From assembly GCA_004022145.1 (NCBI GenBank), contig RCNU01000016.1: a stretch of DNA of 60,220 nucleotides; one strand, written 5' to 3'. This document shows positions 12,810 to 24,300 of the stretch, piece after piece. The notes under the pieces were generated by a model that was given only the letters and a program-made list of their open reading frames with translations, was not told where the DNA came from and did not search any database. Source of the DNA: Paecilomyces variotii (lineage: Eukaryota). Within the stretch, counting starts at the first letter, position 1; each line of letters starts with the position of its first letter. The position numbers were made by a program, and so were the translations under genes.

Positions 12810-15400
12810 TATATTAAGATTACCAGGTCCTTTATTATAGTTTTAGAATTATGCTATTTATACTTCTATAAAAACCTATAAGACTTCTTTATCTTTAGAT
12901 ATTAATATCTAGAATACTAATTTTAATTATAATTCTATTAAATAATCTAAGCCCTAATCTGAAATTAATACTCCTAACTTAACCTAACTTAAGATAGTAA
13001 GATATAGTTAAATAAAGGCTATTATTTATCTAGCTCTTCTAGAATAAGTTTAAATCTTTAAATCTTAATAAATTAAAACAGAGTTTGCAAAATAATAATC
13101 TAAGTTTTAATAAGTAAAATTAAAAACTTAATTAGCTATATAGTAATACTATTAAGAAGTTATAGATAATATATCTAGCTTTTCTTATATATAATATCTA
13201 TATTACTTAATATTTCTTTAATATCCTTATAAAGGAGGAAATAGCACTAGCTTAATAGCTACCTATATAAAAAGGGCCGTATATAGATCTAGAGATAAGA
13301 CTTAGAAAAATAGTAATATTTAAAATATATTAATTGTAAAGGTAAGAACTAGTTAATTATTATAAACTTTATTACTAATATTTCTATTAGAAAATCTTTA
13401 ATCTAATATATATATTAGACGCGTTACATAATTAGATCTTATATTTTATTACAGAATATTGCTAATTATTTTAAATAGTTAAATATATTTAGTTCTGCTA
13501 TATGCTATATACAGCTGCTAGTAATTTATATCTAGAATTACTTAACCGATATTAGATTTAAGCACGCCTTTTTAAACTTAAAGAAATTAATTATATAGAA
13601 ATATTATTATATTTACTTAAGTAAAGAAAGATTTCTCTAATATTAGATTATTAGACTAGTTAAAGTTAATATTCTTTTCTTACTATAATAGGGTATTTTA
13701 TTAATATAAAATAAGTATATAGAGAAATACTCTTAGCCTTTAATCCTGTTTATAAATTATATATTAGGAAGAACTTAGTTAAAATAATGCTAAAGAATCT
13801 TTATTAATATAATCTATAATATTAAATCCTTACTATTATAATAGATAATATAAGTAATAATATTATTCTAATAGTAGAGCTAGATAAAAGCCTAAGAGAT
13901 AAGCTTAAGATAAATTTATTGTTAGAAGATTTCTAAGATATAATATTAAGTTAACTTATTTTAAATTGCTATTATATTCTATATTTAGTATATATTTTAT
14001 AATTTATAGTTAATGCTTTATTAGGTAAACTCTATATTAATACTCCTATTAATAATAGTATTAGTTAGGATATAAAAAAGAATAGAGGCCTATTATATCC
14101 TTAAGATATCTTAATATTATTAGAAAAGGTATATTCTCTATTTAATTTAAGTTAGATTAATATTAATAGGTTTTTATATAAGTTCGCAAGGTTACTAGAT
14201 TTATTAATATAAGCCCTTAATATTAAGAATATTTCCTAATATTATAATAATTAAGTATTAATTAATTAAAATTATTACTTCTTAATTGCTAGATATAATA
14301 GAATTTAATATATTTTATATTTATATATACTCTTAAACTATATGCAGTAATTAGATAATTTATTATATTATAGGCTAATAAAGATATTTATTTTCTAATA
14401 TTATCCCCTACTAAATAGTATTAGATTAAATATCTTATTAAGTTAACCTAGCTATTCTATAATCTTACTCTTATTGTATTAAAGATAAATAGTCTATTAG
14501 TTTATAGGGTTTTTAAAATTTATAATATTATCTTTAATTATCTTAATAATTATATAAAGCGTTTAAAATTAAAAAGAGCTATATAGAAGATATAATTTTA
14601 AAATATTTTATTTAAAGCTTATAATAAGTTACGAACTTATTATATTAAAATATATAAATTTTAAGGATTTATATATATAATTATAATAATCCTTTACCCC
14701 AGTTTAAAGCTTAAATATTTTAAAATTTAAGTCTGGCAAGATATAATAAAAAACTAGTATAATATTTATAAAAAGATTTTTTATAAGGTATTTTAATACT
14801 ATAATAATTAAAATCTAAATATTAAGGTATAATTAAGAACTTATTTATCAGTCTTAATATTAGATTATGCGCTTATATAATCTAAATATTATTATCTTCC
14901 TTTAAGTACTACTAGTACTTATTAAGAAATTTAGACTTATCTTATTAAAGGTAATATTCTATCTAATATTATACCCAAATTACATAGTTTTATTTTAACT
15001 TAAGTTAGATTAGCTTTATTAGAATTAGATAATATCCTTAACTATTAGAGAATTAATAAACATTAATTTCTAATTTTTATAATAATAGCCTAAGATTTTT
15101 TTATAATCTTATTAAGTAGTATTAGTATAGAATAATTATTTAATAGTACTTAAGATATCTGCTATTACTAATATAGCTAACTACTTCCTAATATAATCTA
15201 TGCTTTAATACTTCTTATATATATTAAAAATTTTATTATTCGGCGGGAGTTTAAGGCAATAATTAATAATATAAATATAATACTTAATTATTAATAATCT
15301 AAAAGAGAAGAGACTAAATTGCTAAACCTAATTAGTAATAATAAGGATATAGATAATATATTAGAAAAAGAGATAGAGGTTAATAATAAAGATTGTTAAA
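12810..15400 (+). pseudogene. hAT transposase (BED finger, DDE core, hATC dimerisation domain), RIP-inactivated
   Basis: De-RIPed motifs: GGNGTSSMATH (~13233-13266), SLxLDCWTS..GYFID..WxYREILL (13634-13736), TITTDNASNN (13832-13861), PCLAHILQ (13979-14002), LNYWR..MARDF..SVGVERLFNSARDICHYRRSQL (~15037-15183). Introns at ~13342-13390, 14129-14181 and 14951-15022. Start approximate. Confidence 0.92.
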
Positions 15401-15739
15401 TAGAGTAATTTAAGGGTTAAGGTCTTTTAAATATTTAAATAGATTAACCTATTACTAACTCTATATATAATAAAGGAGAATTAAATTAATTGCCTATATT
15501 TAGAGCTTTTATATATTCTTAGAGGAATATAGTAACTATAGATAGACTTAAATCTTCTAATTATCGCTTGCGCTAGATTAACTATATTAAAGGCTAATAT
15601 AAATATTAGTAATCTAACTTAAGTTAGATTTAATTATTAGATCTAATATCTTTCTATTAATTTCTATTTAATATTTAATAATAAATATTATAAAAGAATA
15701 AATAGTTCTTAAAGGTCTATATAAAAATTAAGATTAATA

Positions 15740-15957
15740 TAAAAAAACTAAAAAACTTAAATAAAACTAAAAAAACTAAATAAAATTGAAAAAATTAAAC
15801 CTATCTGAACTATATAGTGCATTATAAACTATTAGTTTAGTTTATAAAATCTATAAACTGTTCTAGTTTATAAAATAGTAAACCGAACTAAACTATAGGC
15901 GGTTTAATTTAGTTCGGTTCGGTTTTTTTAGTTTACTATAACTACTCTAATAATAAC
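15740..15957 (+). repeat. Right subterminal AACCG/GGTTC repeats, TIR and TSD of the hAT
   Basis: Runs of aaaactaaaa, aaaccgaactaaac (~15879-15893), gttcggttcggttt (~15912-15925), then TIR 15937-15949 and TSD 15950-15957. Confidence 0.85.
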
Positions 15958-18900
15958 TATAAGTGCAAATATTAAAATTCTAAAGCTTAAAGCGAATACC
16001 GAGGCATATTACTACTATAATACTAAAATTATAAGTATTATATAGGTCTTAAGGATAATTACTTTAAAGTATAAAATAAAGAGATTCCTTTAATTATATA
16101 ACTGCTTAATTTACTTACAGGATTTAAGTTTAGGGCCCCTAAAGGCCTTAAACCTAAATCGTTTTATATCTAATACCTTTAAATCCTCTATTTAAAACTA
16201 AGCGTAAAGCTCTTATATACTAATTTAAATCTAAAATAAAAGATAATAGTAATAGCTTTAAGTCTATATTAACTAGCTAGCTGTAAAATCTGTAAGTAAG
16301 TCTAGGACACGCGTAGCGTAGCCTAAGGGCTTATCTTTCTATAGATATAATAAAAAATAGCTTTATTATTAAGAGTTTTTATTATAAATTTTAATTTTAT
16401 TTACTAGAGATATTTAAGAATATAATCTATATCGCCTATAGATATAATAAAAATAAGAAATTATATAGTAATATAATTAATAGTAATAGGTATATCTTTA
16501 TAATACTCTATATAGTTTATAATAGTCTATATTTAAACTATTATTAAGTAGTTTAGACCTAGAATTATAAATAGGCTAAGATATTAAATAAGCCCTAGGC
16601 TTATTATATTAATTTTAAAACCTATATTAAGAATAATATATACTTTCTTCTTATTAATTACTATTATAGTCTTTAATATTTTAATTATATATATAATTTC
16701 TTTATTATATATTAGTAATATATATTCTCTAAGAAGTCTTTAGCCTATAACTCTTATTTTAATATTTATTCTCTTTATATTAAGTTTAGGAAAAAATATA
16801 ACTTTAGCATCTAAAAATAATATTTAAAAAAAGATATAATAAATAGTAAGATAATTACTAAGTAATTCTTATATAGTTAAATTAAAGATAGGCTAATTAA
16901 GGACTTTATTTAGAAGAGTATTAATATCTATTAAGTTCTTAAGCTTATAAAATAGCCTATTAAGTATACTTTTTATATTTAGCTTTACTTTTAATTTATT
17001 AGATTATATAAGAATAAGCTTTATATTTTCTATAGTTATATCTTTTATATAGATATTATCTGCTAAACCTTTTATAATTATCTTAAATAGCTTCTAAAAA
17101 GACTATATTCTAATATAATAGCTCTTAATAGCAGAATAAGTATTAATTTAAGAAGCCTTAGAAGTTAATCTTAATATAGTAAATCTTATATTTACTTAAT
17201 AGGCTATAATACTGTTTTTATTACTATTTTCCTATTCCTTATTTATATTATTAACCTTATTATTCTGCTTAAGGGTTAAGCTAATTAAAGTAAACTAAAA
17301 CTAAATATAAGCTTAAACTATAGGCTTATTATTTTAAGTAGCTTCTTATATAATTTTAATTAGCTTTTTACTATACTAAAAAGAAACTTTAATATCTTTA
17401 TTCTTAGTCTTACTAAAATAAATATATATTATTTCTAGGTATTAATAAATATATCTCTTATAAATATTCTTAAGATAATTAAGATAATTATTAATCTTTT
17501 TATTAGATTTTTTATAATAATAGTAAATAGGCTTTACTTACTATTAGTAAGATATAATTAAGATAATATTTACTCTTATAGTAATATAGTATTCTTATTA
17601 ATTCTATTTATCTCCTTATAATATAAGAGCCTTAATAAATAAAGATAGAGCTTTAAATTAAGTAGCTAAGTTACTAACTATTTTATCTACCTCCTTATAT
17701 ATAATCTCTAATTAGCTTAGCTAGTAATTAGGATTTAACTATTATAGCTTTAGTTTAGCTAGAGATTAATATTCTTTTATTATAATATTTAAGTCCCTAT
17801 TTTCTTTTTAAAGTTTAAAGAGTTTATTAATATAATTATTTATAATAATAATCTCTAAAACCTTCTATTTTATTTTATTAAACTTTATTTCTTTTAATTC
17901 TTTAAAATTTATCTTAAGCTTCTTTATTACCTTCTTATTAAGCTTTTTAAATAATCTTTAGAAAAACTAGATATTATAAGTATATTTATCTAAATAACCT
18001 TTCTTAAAGACTACCTTAAAAATACTTATATACTCTTAGATATAATCCTTTACTCTATTATCCTAGGCATACTTCTTATTTTTATATACCTTTAAATACT
18101 TATAAATATATACCTATTATTTAATATCCTTCTTATAAAACTCCTTTTTAACTTTTTTATAAAAAGCCTCTTAATCTTGCTTAATATAAAATATAATTAT
18201 CTTTATTTAATTATTAATCTAAATATTATAATATTCTGGCATTTAATAGAAGATTTTATTATTCTTTCCTTTAAGTCTATAATTTATATATAGGTTTATA
18301 AAGCAATTTAAGAAGTTAATAGTATTCTTTCTATTAAAATAAAGAGCTCCTAATATATCTAGTAATAGTATAGGGATAAATACTTAAGATATAACTAAAT
18401 TAGCTATAGCATATAACTTCTATTTATTTAGAGAAAGAAAAAAAGTTTAGAAAACTAATAAGATAGGGGTATTTTAATTAAGTAAAGATTTTAATTCTTA
18501 AGTATTATCTCTCTTACTATTTATTAAGAATAATTATTTTAATTCTGCTATTAGAGAGAATTCTATCTCTCTTTTTTACTCTAGATAAAGTATTAATATA
18601 ATAATCTCCTATAGAAGACGCCTTTTTTAATTAGCTTTCTTCTATTTCTTATAAGCTATTCTTTACTAGCAATAAGTATACTTAACTACTTTTAATAGGA
18701 TATAATACTAAATAAATAATAAGAAGATTTACTACTTAAGAATAGTCTTCTTATAAAGATTATTCCCTTTAGAAGTTAATATAGAAAGGCTCTTTATAAC
18801 TTATATTTAAAATAGTTTATTAAACTAGCTTCTCTATATATTATATATAAGGACCTTAATAATTCCCTTTTCTCTTTGTAATAGGATTTAGGGTTAACTT
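15958..18900 (-). pseudogene. gag: gag/protease region of Gypsy relic 1 (continuation past the hAT)
   Basis: Joined to 6842 through the 8-bp TSD; lies 5' of RT on the minus strand; zinc-knuckle-like CYYC..H....C at ~17555-17595. Confidence 0.6.
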
Positions 18901-18989
18901 AATACTTTAGCTTTTAAGCTCTTATTTTCAGTATTACTTCTTAATAACTAAATCCTCTATATAATAGTATTTCTTTGCGTTAGTTATTA

Positions 18990-19250
18990 TTTAATATAGA
19001 AAAGATATTAATAAGGAGAATAGCGTAAGAAGCTATATAAGAACTTAAATTATAAGGCGTAACTAGGTATAGAGAATAGAAGTATTATAGGATAACCTAG
19101 TACTATATAAATAGGACTATAGTATATATAATGCTAAGAAGTAAAGAGATATTAATCTAAATATATAGTATAGTTAAGGGAATAAGCTAACTATAGCTTC
19201 GACTATATAATATTATTACGTAATATAGTTATAAGTTCTCTATAATATTA
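18990..19250 (-). repeat. Probable 5' LTR of Gypsy relic 1
   Basis: Non-coding, relatively G-rich block directly upstream of gag with a composition change near 19250; no partner LTR in the window, so boundaries are unverified. Confidence 0.4.
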
Positions 19251-20106
19251 CCTTTTTAATATTAATTAGTTAAAGACTCTTTTTAATTAGTATTTCTTAT
19301 CTCTTAATATTATAAAGTTTATTAACTTATACTTTTATTAGATATATAGCTACTATTTTTTAATCTCTAATACTAAAAGCTAATTCTCTTATAACTATTA
19401 AAGTTTAATATAATTATTTAATAATTAATAAGACTTAATCTATAGTCTTTTAGCCTTATTTCTTTATAGCTTTATAATAATCTTTATTAGTATATTTATA
19501 ATTTTTTTTACTTATATTTTTAATTCTTTTAGCTTATTAATAGTTAATATTTTTTTTTACTTTTTCTAATAGCTCTTATTAGTTTAAGAAATTATAAAAA
19601 TTATTAATTACTTTATTATACCTGTTTTAAAAATTTAAAATAATTACTACTATATTACTTATAAACTAAATCTTTTCTTCTTTATTATTAGCCTTATTTA
19701 TTATCTCTTTTATAAGCTTATAAATTTTACTAACTATAATATATATATATATTTTAAGTTAAAGAGCTTTATCTTAATAGATAATATTTTATATTTTTAG
19801 TATATTTTTTTTCTATTTTTAATATATATCTTTATAAAATAATTCTTTAAAATAGTTTCTAAATAAAAAGATATATTTAAAAGATAAGATAAGGTTAAGT
19901 TTAGCTTAATTTAGTCTTTAATTACTTCTGCTATAGTATTATATAATATAAAAAATAAGATTTTTATAATAAGGTAAGAATCCTTTATTTATTACTTATA
20001 TTCTTTATCTAATATTTTTTATTTTTAGCTTTATTTATAGACTTTTTTAAGGTATTTAAACTAATATTATGTATTTTTTAGTTATCTCTTTTTTTTTCTT
20101 AATTAT

Positions 20107-21386
20107 TATTAAATATCTTTAAATTCTTTCTTTCTCTTAAAAAAGATACCTTTATCTTAAATTTATTTTTCTTCTCTTCTTATTATAGTACTAATACTTA
20201 TTTTATTATTATTTTTTTATTTCTTCTTCTTTTAAACTAACTTTTTATTTAATATTAAACTTATTTTATTACTAGCTTTTTACTTCTCTCTTTTTAAACT
20301 AATATTTTTAAAAGGAGAGTATTAGAATAATAACTATATATTTTAATCTAAGTAATATTTAATTAATATTATTATTATTATTACTTAATTACTAATTTTC
20401 TTACTTAAATATTATATTATTATTTATAGTTAATATTTTATTTTAATTCTCTTATAAATAATAGCCTTTTAAGTAATTTCTATAGATTAAATCTTAAAAA
20501 GCTATATTATTTAACTTCTTAAGCTTATAAGAATCTTTTTAAAGAACTTTTTTAATTTAATATAATTTAAGCTAGTAATATACTAGTTTAGTAAAGTAAA
20601 ATATCTTAAGCTTTATATTATAGAGTAAAATAAATTATCTTTTAATTAGCTATTTTTTATAAAATTACTTTCTATTATTAAAGGCTTTTTTACTAGCTTC
20701 TCTTATATATTAAATATAAAGCTATATTTCTTCTATATCTTAATCTTTATTAAATATCTTTAAATTCTTTCTCTCTCTTAAAGAAGATACTCTTATCTTA
20801 AATTTATTTTCCTTTTCTTTCTATTATAGTACTAGTACTTATTTTATTATTATCTTTTATTACTTCTCCTTTTAGACTAATTTTTTATTTAATATTAAAC
20901 TTATTTTATTATTAGCTTTCTATTTCTCTCTTTTTAAGCTAACTTTTTTAAAAAGAGAGTATTAGAATAATAACTGTATATTTTAATTTAGATAATATCT
21001 AGTCTATATTATCTTTATTATTATTTATTTGCTAATCTTCTTACTTAAGTCTTATATTATTATTTGCCGCTAATATATTTTCTTAATTATCTTATAAATA
21101 ATAGCCTTTTAAATAATTTCTATAGATTAGATCTTAAAAAGCTATATTATCTAACTCTTTAAGCTTATAGGAATCTTTTTAAAGGACTTCTTTAATCCTA
21201 TATAGTTTAAGCTAGTAATATATTAATTTAGCAGAGTAAGATATTTTAAGCTTTATATTATAAAGTAGAATAAGTTATTTTTTAATTAGCTATTTTTTAT
21301 AAAATTACTTTCTATTATTAAAGGCTTCCTTATTAGCTTCTCTTATATATTAAATACAAAGCTATACTTCTTCTATATTCTAATCC
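20107..21386. repeat. Tandem duplication, two units of ~640 bp
   Basis: 20107 tattaaatatctttaaattctttc recurs at 20748; 20701 tcttatatattaaatataaagctata recurs at 21341; the intervening sequence is collinear with transition differences. Confidence 0.92.
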
Positions 21387-24300
21387 CTAAGTTCTATCTA
21401 CCTTATATAAAAAGAAGGAGGTCTTCTATAGTTTTAATTTTATCCTATATTAATATCTTTTAAGTAAATACTTCTAATTTAATTAATAATATTATATTAT
21501 ATCTTATAATTACTCTAAATAGCGTTAAATTAATAAAGGTTTTAATTATATTCTTATCTGCCTAGATTATAGCTAGTAAATAATCTACTTAATTTATCCC
21601 TATTTTTTTATAAGTTTCTTAATGCTGCGTATAAAAGACTTATATATAACTTTAACTACTTTATTTACTTATAGGTTATATAGTAAGACTTTAATATAAT
21701 TAATCTTATATTTCTATACTAATATATTAATTATAATTTTATTCTCTAATCCTTTATTATTAATAAGAGTCTCTATTATTTTTTAATAATAAATCTAGTC
21801 TTCTTATAGAAACTTAATAATAGCTCTTAAAATAGGGCTATTAAGTGCTTTATATTTAATCTAGCTAAAATTATCCTAAAATATAATAATATAAATCTTT
21901 TCTTTATTAGGCAGCATAATCTTATAAATATCTAGATATAGCTTTAATCTCTCTAATAGAATAAATATTAACTATAAAGCTTCTTTTATATATTCTTTAT
22001 TAGCTCTCTAATATTTATTATATATCTTTATTTATCTAGTAATATACTTATATAGGCCTTTCTACTAATATTAATTAATTACTTTCTTATATATTGCTTT
22101 ATATTTTTAATATCTATATTCTTTATAAAAGGCAGTAAGAATCTCTTTTTACTTTCCTTTATTATTAATAACTATTTAATAAGGCTAATTCTACTATATT
22201 CTCTAGAAAAGAATACTATCTTGCACTATATACTTTATAGCCTTCTTCTTAAACTTAGCATATTATCTCTAATCTATATTATCTGATTTTATTATAGTTT
22301 ATAATTATTCTGCGATTAGCAAAGACTTTTTTAACTAATATAATATAGGCATTAACTAAGGGATATTATTTAATTCTATTTCTTATATATTAGTATAATA
22401 AATTATATAAAACTGTAGATCTAAGAATTCTTTTATATTATTATCTTCTATTTCTTTTAAGTCTTATTTTATTATTAGCTTCTAAGATAATCTATCTATA
22501 ATTAAGTTTTTTTTCCCCGATATATAGATAATATTAAAGTTAAATAGCTAAATCTAAATAATTCACTAAATAATTATTAACTTAGAGAAATCTATAGCTG
22601 TCTTATTTAATTGTATAACTAGAGTTTTTATATCTATCTCTAGTTAAAAATATATATTATATAAATATATTTAGAATTTATAAAGCGCCTTTAGTATTAT
22701 CTTATATTCTAGTTTTTTTCTATTATATTATCTCTCTACCTATATCTATACTCTACTTTTATATCTAGCTGGGTATCTCTTATTAAACTTTTTTTCTTCT
22801 TAAATAAATTATACTCTTTATTTATTACTATTAGTATTAATATTAATAATAATTATATCTCCCTTTTTATAATTAATTGGCTTAAGTATTAGTGCTATTA
22901 TTAGGGCTATTTTTAAAATATCTATTATTTCTTATTATTCTAACCCTTAAAAAAAGTCTTATCTCTTCTTTAGTATTAAGTATATTAGCTTAGCTTTAAT
23001 AATATATTCTTTAATTTATATTTAGTAATAGACTATAACTCCTAGAAATTCTCTTATTTTTTATAAATTCTAATAAAATAGCTATTTTAAGATCTTAATT
23101 ACTTTAGCCGACTTAAGATATCTCCCTTTAGTATTATATATATAGCCTACTACTTTAATTCCTAATACTATAAATTATAATTTCTCCTTAATAATTATTA
23201 AATCTGTAAGTTTAAGACTATATAATACCTTATTAATATTCTAGATATATTTAAATATAAACCTTCTAATTCCTAGTAGTATCTCTTCCCCTTTATAATT
23301 AGTCTTAGATTCTTATATTAGTATATTATTTAGAAATATATTATAGATATTAGAAATATTATCTGCTAATATTTTTATAACCCCTTATATAAACTCTTAT
23401 ATTATATTTATCTATCTTTAGAATAATCTAGCTTAATAAACTAAACTAATTTCTAATATATAGAAAGCTGTTAAGTCCTATAATTCTTTAGCTAACTCTA
23501 ACTAATTATACCTAGAGAATAAGTCTATTAGTATTAATACTAATATTCTACTAAACTCTTCTAAGAACTTATTAACTAAAGGGGGTAGATTAATATCTTA
23601 TATTATTATTTAATTAACTTCTATAGCTATATTAATTAGCTAATATTTATTATTTTTCTTTTTTACTAGAAATTATAGATTTTAATAGGGTCTTTAACTG
23701 CATTTAAGGATCTTTATATTTATTCTCTCTTTTATTATTTTTTATATTATATTATAGAGTGTCTTTAATATTAGGAAGCTTTTTACCTGCTATAGTTTAT
23801 AACCTATAGTCTAAATAATAATTAAAGATATAACTTTTAAGTATATTTATCTAATCTCTTTAAAGGTCTAGATAAAGGCTATTTTTTAGGTAAAAAGTAT
23901 TTCTATTAATAGTTCTTTCTCTCTTAACTATAGATTATTTTTTATAATAAGGTTCTTTAGATAGTCTAGTATTAATCTTATTTCTTTTTTAATATTTAAT
24001 ATCTTTAGCTAGATATATTTAGTAAATCTTTTATATATTTTTTTTATATTTTTTTAAGGGTTCTTATAATAATACTCCCTAATAATTTCTTTTTATTTTA
24101 ATAGCCCCTCTAAAGCTATTATAAGTCTATTTAATATATTTACTAAATAAATCTTTTTATATTTCTTCTTATATTATATATTAATAGAATATTTTATTTT
24201 TATAATAAAAAGGTTATACCTTTTAGATAATTTATACCCCTATAATCTTCTAACTCTTTTATTTAATTTAGTAGGTTTAAATATCCTTACCCCTTTATTT

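Larger units (their letters stand above)
7008..15630. repeat. Dispersed palindromic motif (core TAACYTAAGTTA, extended TCTAACTTAAGTTAGA), ~21 copies in the hAT
   Basis: Cores begin at 7008, 7478, 8356, 8521, 8654 (1-bp deletion), 8803, 9008, 9671, 10116, 10499, 10818, 11062, 11349, 11728, 12012, 12157, 12447, 12723, 14143, 14996, 15615; also 722 and 1196 in the second copy. Perfect 20-bp palindrome at 15611-15630. Confidence 0.92.
6843..15949 (+). mobile_element. Complete 9.1-kb hAT-superfamily DNA transposon with cargo gene
   Basis: Perfect 13-bp TIRs tagagtagttata (6843-6855) / tataactactcta (15937-15949); 8-bp TSD acaacaac (6835-6842) / ataataac (15950-15957), differing only by two CpA>TpA changes; hAT transposase motifs inside. 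Confidence 0.95.
1373..19250 (-). mobile_element. Ty3/Gypsy LTR retrotransposon relic 1, interrupted by the hAT insertion at 6843-15949; 3' LTR not in window
   Basis: Minus-strand order gag-RT-RNaseH-integrase. RT motif FL(DD)I(G)IKG at ~5283-5330; integrase-like KFL(W)EDIF(CR)F(G)LP at ~3760-3815; CxxC..H..C knuckle near 17555-17595. Outer boundaries approximate. Confidence 0.8.

Noticed and set aside
7008-15630. CRISPR-like array suggested by the recurring palindrome
   Set aside because: Spacing is irregular (about 130-1400 bp), intervening DNA is exonic, the repeat is too short, no cas genes, eukaryotic context.
6843-15949. Starship element, given the DUF3723-like gene
   Set aside because: No tyrosine recombinase captain seen; boundaries are TIRs with an 8-bp TSD and a hAT transposase is present.
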